Shown in pieces: positions 8,487 through 17,503 of a DNA stretch of 64,000 nt. The notes below the pieces were generated by a model. It was not told the DNA's origin. It did not search any database and saw only the letters and a list, made by a program, of their open reading frames with translations. Source of the stretch: Candidatus Versatilivorator sp. (GTDB taxonomy: Bacteria > Acidobacteriota > Terriglobia > Versatilivoradales > Versatilivoraceae); NCBI GenBank assembly GCA_965207735.1, contig OZ242296.1, positions 832,001 to 896,000 of the forward strand, written 5' to 3'. Numbering within the stretch: the first letter of the stretch is position 1; each line of letters opens with the position of its first letter. The position numbers were made by a program, and so were the translations under genes.

Positions 8487-8849
8487 CTAGAAGGGAGTTG
8501 GGGGAATTGCGGGTAGCTTGAAGTAAAGCATGAAGGCGATCAGCAGCGTGTAGAGGACCAGCGATTCGATAAGCACCAGTCCCAGCAACAGGGCGAATCG
8601 GATGGAGGCCGCCGCCCCCGGATTTCTGGCGAGGCTTTCGCAGGCTGCCGAGACGGCCCGCCCTTGGGCCAAGCCGCAAATGGCGGCGGCGAAGGCCATG
8701 GCGAAACCGATGCTGATGTAATGCCAGTGGCTGCCAGTACCTTCCGTAGAGAACGGCCACCAACTGGTGGCATCGGTTTGGGCAAAGACTGGTGATGCCG
8801 CGAACAGAACGACGATGCTGATGAAAACTACCGAGTAAAATCGCTTCAC
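8487..8849 (-). CDS. atpE: F0F1 ATP synthase subunit c with signal-peptide-like N-terminal extension
   Basis: GLAQG...ARNP...LIESLVLY hairpin; GTG start at 8849 preceded by GAAAGGAG. Confidence 0.92.
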   Translation of the reverse strand: MKRFYSVVFISIVVLFAASPVFAQTDATSWWPFSTEGTGSHWHYISIGFAMAFAAAICGLAQGRAVSAACESLARNPGAAASIRFALLLGLVLIESLVLYTLLIAFMLYFKLPAIPPTPF

Positions 8850-9024
8850 GATGGATTCTCCTTTCGGTTGGGGTTCGGCACGGATGCCCGATCTAACGGA
8901 AATCCGCTGGAACCGATAAAGCGCCACTTGGAGGTGGTTCCCGGGAACCCCTCGTGCATCCCGGGCTCACACAAGTGGCAGGGATGGTCGAATTCGACCC
9001 TGCCGGCGCCGTGACGTCCGAGGC

Positions 9025-9774
9025 TCAATGCTCCTCCGAGACGGCGCCCGCAATGTAAATCATGGTCAGGACCATGAAGATGAAAGCCTGCAGAAAACTG
9101 GCAAATACTCCCAGTGCCATGATGGGAAGCGGCACTATGAAGGGGACAAGGCCAAAGAACACGGCCACGACCTGGTGCTCGCCGAAGATGTTTGCGAAAA
9201 GACGGACCGACAGCGAAAAGGGTCGGGCCAGGTGGCTGATGATTTCTATCGGAACCATCAACGGCGCCATCAAGGGCACCGGACCGGCAAAGTGCTTGAG
9301 ATAGGGAACCAACCCCTGCTTTCGAATTCCCAGGTAGTTGTAGTAGAGGAACACCACCAGGGCGCAGCCGACGGTCACGTTGATGCTGCTGGTCGGGGAG
9401 GCAAATCCCGGGATCTGCCCGCAAAGGTTCATCAGCAGGATGAAGATCCCGATGGTGGCCACCATGGGAAGGTACTTTTTGGCCCCATGGCCGATGATCT
9501 CCTCCAACTGCCCGTTGAGGAATTCAACCACCAGCTCCAAAATCTGTTGAATCTTGCCTGGCTTCTCCAGAGAAAAGGACCGCCCGGCGATGGGGAAAAA
9601 CACCGCACAGAAGAGAAACACCACCCCGGCAAAGGTTACGTGCTCAGGGACGATCATGTGCCCGGGAGCGTACGTGTAGCCAAACAGTCCAAAGAGGCTG
9701 CCGAGCAGGGCCGCTACCGCCGGGCCCAAGGTGCTGTTGACCCATTCGGCTATCCAGGTGCTACCGTGTTCCAT
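9025..9774 (-). CDS. atpB: F0F1 ATP synthase subunit a
   Basis: IEIISHLARPFSLSVRLFANIFGEH and LQAFIF..LT..YI motifs. Confidence 0.96.
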   Translation of the reverse strand: MEHGSTWIAEWVNSTLGPAVAALLGSLFGLFGYTYAPGHMIVPEHVTFAGVVFLFCAVFFPIAGRSFSLEKPGKIQQILELVVEFLNGQLEEIIGHGAKKYLPMVATIGIFILLMNLCGQIPGFASPTSSINVTVGCALVVFLYYNYLGIRKQGLVPYLKHFAGPVPLMAPLMVPIEIISHLARPFSLSVRLFANIFGEHQVVAVFFGLVPFIVPLPIMALGVFASFLQAFIFMVLTMIYIAGAVSEEH

Positions 9775-10219
9775 GGCAGGGGTCCTCGTTCCAACCTTTG
9801 ATCACCTGCAGCACACACTCGACCAGCACGGCGCCGACTACCAGAACCAAGCCCGAGAAAAATCCGAAGACCTCCAGCAGATCAACGCGGAATGTAGCAT
9901 AGAGCGACAGCCCAATCAAGGCGTATCTTAAGACATACTTGAAGATAGCAGTACGGGCCGTTCTCCTGGGGGGGGGCTGGGTCGCGCGGGTGATTTCCAG
10001 GAGATGGTCTACCCCTTGCTTGAGCCACCGGAAGTTGATCCAGGAGAGCACAGCCCCTGTCAGGAAGCCCAGTCCCGAGTCGAGTCCACCGAGAATCAGA
10101 GCCGCCAGGCAGGCCGGAATGCCCAGGCCAACGCTGATCTTCCACAGCCGACGGTCAAGGCCCTCGTCGATCAAAGCCGAGATGGAGAGACTCCTTGAAT
10201 GCAACTCATTCCTTCCCAT
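9761..10219 (-). CDS. atpI: ATP synthase subunit I (UncI-like membrane protein)
   Basis: Four hydrophobic segments, G...G..LS.INF.WL motif, position just upstream of atpB. Start placed at ATG 10219. Confidence 0.75.
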   Translation of the reverse strand: MGRNELHSRSLSISALIDEGLDRRLWKISVGLGIPACLAALILGGLDSGLGFLTGAVLSWINFRWLKQGVDHLLEITRATQPPPRRTARTAIFKYVLRYALIGLSLYATFRVDLLEVFGFFSGLVLVVGAVLVECVLQVIKGWNEDPCHGTR

Positions 10220-10415
10220 CGACCTTCTTGACCACTCGAAAGAGATTGACGAACGCCGCTGCGATCCCGAACAGGATTCCGATGAAGCTGAAGGTGTTTC
10301 GGTTGCCGGTCCAGCCGTCCAGCAGGTATCCCAGGCCGTAACCAACGGCGATACAAACCGGAAACATGATCCCCAGCGTCAGCAGGTCGCCGTACTGTTT
10401 ATACTTGGCCGCCAC
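10206..10415 (-). CDS. AtpZ/AtpI family small membrane protein
   Basis: G..LGY.LD.W.G...F..IG...G..AAF..LFR pattern; first gene of the F0 operon. Confidence 0.8.
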   Translation of the reverse strand: MAAKYKQYGDLLTLGIMFPVCIAVGYGLGYLLDGWTGNRNTFSFIGILFGIAAAFVNLFRVVKKVDGKE

Positions 10416-10496
10416 CTTGTTTGCGCTCCTGCCTGCGGATGCATTATTATCCCGTTTCAGTCAATGTCTGCCGCCCATGTTCACCTGGAGGACGCC

Positions 10497-11108
10497 ATGT
10501 CCGGAAAATACACTCTTGGGGTTGCATTCGTCGTCGCTTCGTTTCTTTTTGCCGGCTGTAGTCAGGCACCCGAGCCTCCGCAGCCAACCGACTCCGGGAC
10601 GGAAGCTCCCAAAACGGAAGAAGCGGCTGCAGCACCGGAGGAAATCAAGGTCCACGATCTGGCGAAGGAAGATATCACCCAAATCCCGGACCTTACCAGC
10701 CGCAACCTGTCGGTCATGGGAGTCAAGCTCGGAGACCCGACGGCAGAGGTCAACCAGAACAAGCAGTTGGGAAAATCCCTCGGAACCACTCCCGTCGGCG
10801 GCCTCTATCGCTCCGCTTATCAGGAACGGGGCATCTACCTGGACTTCGACAAACAGACCGGCAAGGTCATCGCAATCTACGTCAACACCAGCTTGGCCAG
10901 AAAGGTGAAGGGGCGATTTCGTTCGATTCTGCGGCGGGGGAACCTGGACCTGTTCAAGAAGATGTTCGGGCCGGAGCCTCGCCGTCTGCGGCCCGATCTC
11001 CAGACCACAAGCTGGCGCTATCCCAAGAAAGGCGTAGAGCTGATCCAGACCCGAAGCGGGAATCAGAGAACCTACACCTTCAAGCTGGTGAGACCCCGAA
11101 GAGGCTGA
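10497..11108 (+). CDS. Hypothetical lipoprotein
   Basis: GGAGG RBS, signal peptide with lipobox LFAG-C, Pro/Glu-rich linker, basic C-terminal domain. Confidence 0.75.
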   Translation: MSGKYTLGVAFVVASFLFAGCSQAPEPPQPTDSGTEAPKTEEAAAAPEEIKVHDLAKEDITQIPDLTSRNLSVMGVKLGDPTAEVNQNKQLGKSLGTTPVGGLYRSAYQERGIYLDFDKQTGKVIAIYVNTSLARKVKGRFRSILRRGNLDLFKKMFGPEPRRLRPDLQTTSWRYPKKGVELIQTRSGNQRTYTFKLVRPRRG

Positions 11109-11217
11109 TTCCCGGTTCTCGCCCCCGGGAAGTCCGATGGCAGGCCCCGAACCCTGAACCTGCGATCAAGGCAGACTTCCCTTTCCGACAACTAAGCCCA
11201 CCCCCGGCCCTGCCTGA

Positions 11218-11397
11218 CGGATCACACGAGAGTGAAACAATCGGAAATCGATCATCCCTTCCTAATCTTGGTTTCCCGTTGCGTTTAACCCCAACGCCTT
11301 AGTGGCCCTTCGTCGTTCTTCGTGCCCCTTCGTGGATAAGTCTTTTTCTTTTGTCTCTTGTCGTTTTTCGGTTGTTTCAGGCAAGCCGGGCCCCTGC
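11218..11397. repeat. Dispersed ~170-bp palindromic repeat, copy 1
   Basis: Aligns by eye with 15413-15581 and 59042-59218. Internal inverted repeat TGAAACAATCGG (11233) ... CGGTTGTTTCA (11379) and CTTCGTG subrepeats. Confidence 0.85.
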
Positions 11398-11408
11398 CTG
11401 CCGGGTCG

Positions 11409-13016
11409 TTACTTCTTCCTGGCTTCCTGGACCGGCGGCAGCTTTGCCAGCCGAGCCTCGGTACGATCGAAGAAGCCCGGCTGTACCCGCTGCACAATCT
11501 TCTCAACCGGTTTTTCGATGTACTTGAAGAAGGGCTTGGGATAGATACCGATCCAGAAACACATGATCACCAGAGGCAGCAGCGTGGCGTACTCTCTGAC
11601 ACTCAGGTCCTTCAAATCCTTGTTCTTGGGATTGGTCACCGGCCCGAACATCATGCGTTGATACAGCCAGAGCATGTAGGCCGCTCCCAGCACGATCCCC
11701 GCGCAGCCCCAGGCTCCCCAGCTCCAATGTCGCTGGAAGGCGCCCGCCAGAATGGTGAATTCACCGATAAATCCGTTGAGCAGCGGCAGCCCGATGGAAG
11801 CCATGGTGATGATCAGGAAAATGACGGCATAGCCCGGCATGACTCGGGAGAGTCCGCCATATTCCGATATCTCCCGCGTGTGCCTCCGTTCATAGACGAT
11901 TCCCACGATCAGGAAGAGAGCGCCGGTCGAAATTCCGTGATTGATCTGTTGCAGGATGCTGCCGTTGATCCCGTTGGGATTGAGCGCAAACAATCCCAGC
12001 ATGCAGAATCCCAGGTGGCTGACCGACGAGTATGCGACCAGTTTCTTGGCATCCTTCTGCATCATGGCCACCAGGGCTCCATAGATGATCCCGACGATCG
12101 ACAGGAAGATCATCAGGTGGAGCAGTCCGAACTGCTGGTCAAACCAACCAAAGGTCAGATAGGCAAAGCTCAGCGAAGTGGTGTCCTGTACCGCATCCGG
12201 AAACATGGGCAGGCTGAAGCGGATGAAACCGTAGGTGCCCATCTTCAGCAGCACGCCGGCCAGGATAACCGAACCGGCGGTGGGGGCCTCCACGTGGGCA
12301 TCCGGGAGCCAGGTATGGAACGGGAACATGGGGACCTTGATGGCAAAACCGATGAAGAAGGCCAGGAACACCCAGAACTGGTACTCCCAGGGATAATCCA
12401 GCTCCAGCAGCGCCGGGATGCTGAAGGTGTAGACCCCGGTCACCTCGTGGTTGTAGAAGTAGAGAGCCAGGATGCCCAGCAGCAGCAGCACCGATCCGAA
12501 CAGCGTGTACAGGAAGAATTTAATTGCCGCGTACAGCTTTCTGGCCCCTCCCCACACGCCGATCAGGAAGTACATGGGGACCAGCATGACCTCCCAGAAG
12601 ACGTAAAAGAGAAAGAGATCCATGGCCATGAAGACGCCCAGCATGCCGGTCTGGAGCATCAGCATGAAGATGTAATATTCCTTGACTCTCTCCTGAATCG
12701 CATTCCAGGAGGAGAGAATGGACAGGAATCCCAGTCCGGTGGTCAACACGATCAACAACAGGCTGATGCCGTCGATGCCGAAGTGATATTCCACACCGAT
12801 GGAGGGGATCCAGGACGCCCGCTCCACGAATTGCAGTCCTTCAGCTTCCGTGTCGAACCCGGTGATTAGGGGGATCGACACCAGAAATCCGATGGCGGCC
12901 ACGATGTTGGCAAACCAGCGAATGAACTCGGTCTTTTCCTTGTTCACCAGCAGCAGCAGCAGGGCGCCCAGCAGCGGCGTGTAGGCGACAATGGACAAGA
13001 GATGGTTTTCAAACAT
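11409..13016 (-). CDS. nuoM: NADH-quinone oxidoreductase subunit M
   Basis: GIDGIS, FYVFWEVMLVPMY, IKVPMFPFHTWLPDAHVEAPT, LLKMGTYG, KKLVAYSSVSH, GFIGEF. Confidence 0.96.
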   Translation of the reverse strand: MFENHLLSIVAYTPLLGALLLLLVNKEKTEFIRWFANIVAAIGFLVSIPLITGFDTEAEGLQFVERASWIPSIGVEYHFGIDGISLLLIVLTTGLGFLSILSSWNAIQERVKEYYIFMLMLQTGMLGVFMAMDLFLFYVFWEVMLVPMYFLIGVWGGARKLYAAIKFFLYTLFGSVLLLLGILALYFYNHEVTGVYTFSIPALLELDYPWEYQFWVFLAFFIGFAIKVPMFPFHTWLPDAHVEAPTAGSVILAGVLLKMGTYGFIRFSLPMFPDAVQDTTSLSFAYLTFGWFDQQFGLLHLMIFLSIVGIIYGALVAMMQKDAKKLVAYSSVSHLGFCMLGLFALNPNGINGSILQQINHGISTGALFLIVGIVYERRHTREISEYGGLSRVMPGYAVIFLIITMASIGLPLLNGFIGEFTILAGAFQRHWSWGAWGCAGIVLGAAYMLWLYQRMMFGPVTNPKNKDLKDLSVREYATLLPLVIMCFWIGIYPKPFFKYIEKPVEKIVQRVQPGFFDRTEARLAKLPPVQEARKK

Positions 13017-13102
13017 GAATCAAGCTCCCGATCGTGTGTCTGCGATGACCCTGCCGGCCGGGCTCCCCAACCCGGCCTCCGTGCCCTCCAACCGTCCTGG
13101 GT

Positions 13103-15160
13103 TCATGTCAGAATGAAATAGCCGACAATCAAAAGTATGCCGCCGATGGTCAGTGCCGCGTAGGTCTGGATAACGCCGGTCTGAATTCGTCGCAGGGGAA
13201 AGCTGAGGTAATAGATAAGGTCGGAACGTCGAACTGCCAGATCGACAATCCAGTAGTCGAAGAATCCGGAAATCGAGGCCGCCACCCGGGTCAACCAGGC
13301 CGAGCCGTTCACTGCCCCGTCAACCACCGAGTTGTCGAATCCCGACAAACGGTTGCCCAAGTCCTTGGTCCGATTGACGAAGAGCAGGTCGTAAAGTTCA
13401 TCCACCCAGTACTTGTTGAGCAACGTCGTGTAGATTTTCCTGAAGCGGGACATCAGCCGTTCCGGTACCGCCGGGTCGGTCAGATAGAAGTGTCGTGCAA
13501 CCCCCAGCCCGACCAGGGCGATGGCTACTGAAAACGCCATGAGTCCCCACTCCAGGCCTTCGGAAGCATGTCCTCCTTCGCCTGCTGCCGCATGGGCAAG
13601 GACCGGCGCCAGAAAATGCTCGAAGTATTGTGGCAGGTGGTGAAGATACTGGCCGATCAGGTGGGGAATGCCGACCCAACCCGAGACCACCGCCCCAACC
13701 GCCAGCAGCCCCAGGGGGACCGTCATGACCCGCGGAGACTCATGAACGTGGGAATCCACCTCCGGAGACATCCGGGACTTGCCCAAAAAGGTCAGGAACA
13801 TCATTCGAAACATATAGAAGGAGGTCATTCCCGCCGCCAGGACTCCCACCGCCCACAACAGCAGGTGCCCCTGTGAACCGGAGAAGGCGCGCCACAAAAT
13901 TTCGTCCTTGCTGAAGAAGCCCGCCAGGGGAGGAAACCCCGCGATCGCCACCGTTCCGATCATCATGGTCCAGAAGGTGACCGGGATGCGTGACTTGAGT
14001 CCCCCCATTCGGCGCATGTCCTGCTCCCCGCTCAGGGCGTGGATGACGCTGCCGGCCCCCAGGAACAGCAGCGCCTTGAAGAAGGCATGGGTCATCAGGT
14101 GGAACACGCCGGCGCCGAATGCCCCCACGCCGCAGGCCAGGAACATGTAGCCCAACTGACTGACGGTGGAGTAGGCCAGTACCCGCTTGATATCGTTCTG
14201 AACCAGGCCGATCGAGGCCGCAAAAATAGCGGTGAAGGCTCCCACTACGGCCACCAGCAGCATGGCCTCGGGAGAAAAAACGAACAGCGGGCTGCAGCGG
14301 GCCACCATGTAGACGCCGGCGGTAACCATGGTGGCGGCGTGAATCAGGGCGCTGACGGGTGTAGGCCCTTCCATGGCGTCCGGAAGCCAGACGTAGAGCG
14401 GGACCTGGGCCGACTTGCCCATGGCCCCCACAAACAGCAGCAGGCAGATCGCGGTAATGGTGGCGTCGCCGCTGGCCAGTGCTCCGGCCTCAGCCTGGCT
14501 TTCAACCAGTCCGAAGACCCGGGTGAAGTCGAGGGTCCCAAAGGCAGTGAAGATCAGGAACATTCCCAGCATGAAGCCGAAGTCCCCGATCCGATTGACG
14601 ATAAAAGCCTTCTTGCCTGCGTCGGCGGCGCTCTTCCTCTCGAAGTAGAAGCCAATCAGCAGGTAGGAACAGAGTCCGACTCCCTCCCAGCCCACGAACA
14701 TGACCACGAAGTTGTTGGCCAGGACCAGCGTCAACATCGAGAACATGAACAGGTTCATGTAGGTGAAGAAGCGGGCGTAGCCTCCTTCGTGGGCCATGTA
14801 TCCGATGGAATAGATGTGGATCAGGAACCCCACGCCGGTAACGACCAGAATCATCACCGCCGACAAGGGATCCAGTTGATATCCCCACTGCACCAGAAAC
14901 TGGGAGATGGCTCCCGAGCTGAGCTCTCCCGCGCCGGCAGGGATCCAGGTGAACAGTTCCTGCTCCACCAGCCGCTGCCCTTCGGGTCTGCCCAAAAGTT
15001 GGTAAAAAGCGCCCAGCGACAGCAGAAAAGAAACCCCTACCACCCCGCAGGCCACCGTGCTGATGCAGGCCTTCGAGCATCGTCTGCCCAGAAGGCCGTT
15101 AACGAGGGCTCCCGCCGCCGGGAACAACGGAATCAGCGCGAGCATCTCCAGAAAATTCAT
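13103..15160 (-). CDS. nuoL: NADH-quinone oxidoreductase subunit L
   Basis: GWEGVGLCSYLLIGF, KAFIVNRIGD, KSAQ.PL..WLPDAMEGPTPVSALIHAATMV, HAFFKALLF; extended C-terminal helix. Confidence 0.96.
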   Translation of the reverse strand: MNFLEMLALIPLFPAAGALVNGLLGRRCSKACISTVACGVVGVSFLLSLGAFYQLLGRPEGQRLVEQELFTWIPAGAGELSSGAISQFLVQWGYQLDPLSAVMILVVTGVGFLIHIYSIGYMAHEGGYARFFTYMNLFMFSMLTLVLANNFVVMFVGWEGVGLCSYLLIGFYFERKSAADAGKKAFIVNRIGDFGFMLGMFLIFTAFGTLDFTRVFGLVESQAEAGALASGDATITAICLLLFVGAMGKSAQVPLYVWLPDAMEGPTPVSALIHAATMVTAGVYMVARCSPLFVFSPEAMLLVAVVGAFTAIFAASIGLVQNDIKRVLAYSTVSQLGYMFLACGVGAFGAGVFHLMTHAFFKALLFLGAGSVIHALSGEQDMRRMGGLKSRIPVTFWTMMIGTVAIAGFPPLAGFFSKDEILWRAFSGSQGHLLLWAVGVLAAGMTSFYMFRMMFLTFLGKSRMSPEVDSHVHESPRVMTVPLGLLAVGAVVSGWVGIPHLIGQYLHHLPQYFEHFLAPVLAHAAAGEGGHASEGLEWGLMAFSVAIALVGLGVARHFYLTDPAVPERLMSRFRKIYTTLLNKYWVDELYDLLFVNRTKDLGNRLSGFDNSVVDGAVNGSAWLTRVAASISGFFDYWIVDLAVRRSDLIYYLSFPLRRIQTGVIQTYAALTIGGILLIVGYFILT

Positions 15161-15349
15161 GAAATGACCTTGGTGGCGTTGCGGGAGCCCCGAATCAAAA
15201 GGACCTCAGGTAGAGCCAAGGAGAAGAACACGGAATGGCCGCTGGCCGGGTTCCGGCGTGTTGGGCTGGAAATGGCTACCGCCGATTGCGGGTTGCTCGA
15301 GAACCTCGAGAAATCCGCGTTTGCCGGACCCTATAGGTAAGCCGCTGGA

Positions 15350-15379
15350 TTTTTAGCACAAGTCCATTTTTGAAGTCAA
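15350..15379 (-). promoter_or_regulatory. Putative sigma70 promoter for nuoLM
   Basis: TTGACT-N18-TAAAAA with a TG extended -10 on the minus strand, in an AT-rich patch. Confidence 0.4.
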
Positions 15380-15412
15380 TGGGTTTCAGGCAAGTGAGGC
15401 CCCCGCCTTGGT

Positions 15413-15581
15413 GTGCGGATCATACATAGAGTGAAACAATCAGAAATCGATCATCCCTTCGCGAACTTGGCACCCCGTCTCGGTTAACCTCAGCGCCTTA
15501 GTGCCCCGTCGTCGTTCTTTGTGCCCCTTGGTGGATAACTCTTTTTCTTTTGTCTCTTGTCGGTTGTTTCAGACAAGCTGG
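15413..15581. repeat. Dispersed ~170-bp palindromic repeat, copy 2
   Basis: Same family as 11218-11397; TGAAACAATCAG (15432) ... CGGTTGTTTCA (15571). Confidence 0.85.
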
Positions 15582-15625
15582 CGGATTTTCCTCACCTCAG
15601 CGAGACCCACGTGGCCGTAGAAACC

Positions 15626-15748
15626 ATGAACCGCCATTTGCTGCTGGCAGCCCTAGGAAACCTGGTCGTGACCATCGGATTGGCTATTTATCTGTCTACC
15701 CATCGCAAGATGGAGGTCACCGACGTCGCGGAAGCCAATGAGCCCTGA
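15626..15748 (+). CDS. Possible 40-aa single-TM small protein or 3' remnant of a membrane-protein gene
   Basis: MNRHLLLAALGNLVVTIGLAIYLSTHRKMEVTDVAEANEP; one hydrophobic helix, no clear RBS, adjacent to repeat copy 2. Confidence 0.3.
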   Translation: MNRHLLLAALGNLVVTIGLAIYLSTHRKMEVTDVAEANEP

Positions 15749-15897
15749 CGCCGGCAAGACCCTTTTGCCGGGTCCAGTCGAGATGGGTTGCCACCCTATA
15801 GGGTTTCCCGGATCCTGGCGGGTTTGGTGGCGTCCCAGATGGTCCTGTTTCTCGAATCCGCTACCTCAACCAGGACGGCCAGCTTGTGGCGGCCCCA

Positions 15898-17184
15898 TCA
15901 CTCCTCGCCGAAACCGAACCGGTAGACGAAGCCGATCAGGAACACACTCTGGCTTGTGACCAATTCGTCGGCCCCCTTGATGAAGAATGGCTGGTCTGAC
16001 CAGTCGTAGCGGTACTCGAACTTGGTGCTGAAGTTCGGACGCACGCGATAGTCGGCCGTCAGGGTGATTTCCTTCAAGTCCTGGGCGATCCCGGTAGCAA
16101 AGGCATCCTTGTCCGCGAAGTACTCGAACCGGGGTGAAAAAGCCCACTTCTTGTCGGTAGTGCTGAAACGCACGGCGCCGGCAATGCCCTGCCAGGCCGT
16201 TCGCTCGAAATGGGGTTGGGACTCGGCATCGAATCCATAGTCATAGTTGATCAATACCTCGACCTGATCGTTGACGCTGGCGCTGATCACTGTGTCGAAA
16301 AGATGCCTCCATGGGTTGTTGAGACCGTCCAGTTCCGGGCCTCCCAGATACCCTTGACTGATGCTGAAATTGTCGTTCGGCGAAACCGCGATCGACCACC
16401 CGACGCTCTTCCCCGTATTGTTGTCGGTGGAGTTGTTCCAGCCGTTCACAAGATAGAAACCCACGTCGACCGTGTCCGAAGCCGAATAACTGGTACGGAC
16501 TCCCGTGTGGTAATAGGGCTGGGCAAAGCCGAAGAGGATCGACTGCTGGTATTGATAGTTGTCGATGGTGTCCAGGACTTCCGCACCCACAAAGGTTCCG
16601 AACTTGCCCACGTCGACGGTCAAACCGTCTCCGACGGGGGCGACATAGCTGACGTAAGCCTGCTGAATGTTTTTGATGATTTCTTGCTGCCCGCCAACGG
16701 GCTCGAAGGAGTGATAGGTGTCGGCAGCCGGGCCGTAGACCAGATCGATGCGGTAGCCCAGGCTATTGGCGTCACCGACGGGCCGGTCAAAAATTACTTT
16801 TGCCAGATCGAACTGAAAGCTGTTGTGTCTGGTGTCGAGCCCGCGAAGATCGACAATGCCGCTCTCGGGATCGTTTGAGTTATAGCCGTAATAGGCATCC
16901 ACGTAGCCACTGATTTTGGTCTGCTTGAAAAAATCCAATATGGGCGCCGTGTCGCTGGACTCTACCTCAGGTGCGGCCGCCTCGACGGTTTTGGTTTCGC
17001 CGGGCGGTTCGGTTTTCTGAGAAGTCGTTTCGCTCTTTCCTTCCAGTTCGGCGATCCGCTCCTCCAGCTTCTTGATTCGTTCCAGCAGCTTCTCCTGACT
17101 ACTGTCCTCTGCAAAGGTCACCCCATTCGACAAACCCGTGGCCAGTAGTCCAGCCAAAAACAGCGTGACCCATTTCGTTTTCAT
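15898..17184 (-). CDS. Outer-membrane beta-barrel porin (putative porin / BBP2-like) with N-terminal coiled coil
   Basis: Signal peptide, LLERIKKLEERIAELE coil, ISGYVDAYY.YN.N.P, IQQAYVSY, DVGKF.T.VG.E, P.YHTG.R, NGW, EYRYD.SD; AGGAG RBS before ATG 17184. Confidence 0.85.
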   Translation of the reverse strand: MKTKWVTLFLAGLLATGLSNGVTFAEDSSQEKLLERIKKLEERIAELEGKSETTSQKTEPPGETKTVEAAAPEVESSDTAPILDFFKQTKISGYVDAYYGYNSNDPESGIVDLRGLDTRHNSFQFDLAKVIFDRPVGDANSLGYRIDLVYGPAADTYHSFEPVGGQQEIIKNIQQAYVSYVAPVGDGLTVDVGKFGTFVGAEVLDTIDNYQYQQSILFGFAQPYYHTGVRTSYSASDTVDVGFYLVNGWNNSTDNNTGKSVGWSIAVSPNDNFSISQGYLGGPELDGLNNPWRHLFDTVISASVNDQVEVLINYDYGFDAESQPHFERTAWQGIAGAVRFSTTDKKWAFSPRFEYFADKDAFATGIAQDLKEITLTADYRVRPNFSTKFEYRYDWSDQPFFIKGADELVTSQSVFLIGFVYRFGFGEE

Positions 17185-17247
17185 TGATCTCCTTTCCTTT
17201 CCGGTTCCATTCAGTCCCAAATTGTGGAACCCATAGAGGCCCCAAAC

Positions 17248-17376
17248 AAAAAAAGACGCCCATCGGCACGAGTCCCCACTCGGATCCAATGGACGTCTCT
17301 GTCCAAATCACCACCACCGGGCCACTCCCGTCGGCGGTGGGCGATCTATCCCCCTTCGATACGACTCTGTATCAAA
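17248..17376 (-). promoter_or_regulatory. ANTAR-type dual-hexaloop RNA element overlapping an intrinsic terminator in the porin leader
   Basis: P1 GAUAC-AGAGUC-GUAUC (17373-17358) and P2 GGAC-AGAGAC-GUCC (17304-17291), both with AxxGxx loops. P2 overlaps the 5' arm of a terminator (AGAGACGUCCAUUGG / CCGAUGGGCGUCUUU followed by a U run). Confidence 0.75.
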
Positions 17377-17387
17377 GAAGTACTCTC

Positions 17388-17415
17388 ATTTTAAGGTTAC
17401 CGCTCCAATGGTCAA
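17388..17415 (-). promoter_or_regulatory. Putative sigma70 promoter for the porin leader
   Basis: TTGACC-N16-TAAAAT; the predicted +1 falls just upstream of hairpin P1. Confidence 0.55.
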
Positions 17416-17503
17416 ATCATTTTTGTTTATGCCATCTATCAAAGCAGATTATGGATCGGTCGCGAAATCCACAGCCCGTCCCGGCAGTTCTCTGCCGCGG
17501 TGC

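Noticed and set aside
11358-15340. Long plus-strand ORFs opposite nuoM/nuoL (likewise 39355-41010, 42487-44541, 46585-48021, 37001-38644)
   Set aside because: Antisense shadows of well-supported genes in high-GC DNA, with no recognizable motifs.
17420-17440. Sigma54 promoter for the porin (TGGCAT on the minus strand)
   Set aside because: No TTGC at the -12 position; a sigma70-type promoter fits better.
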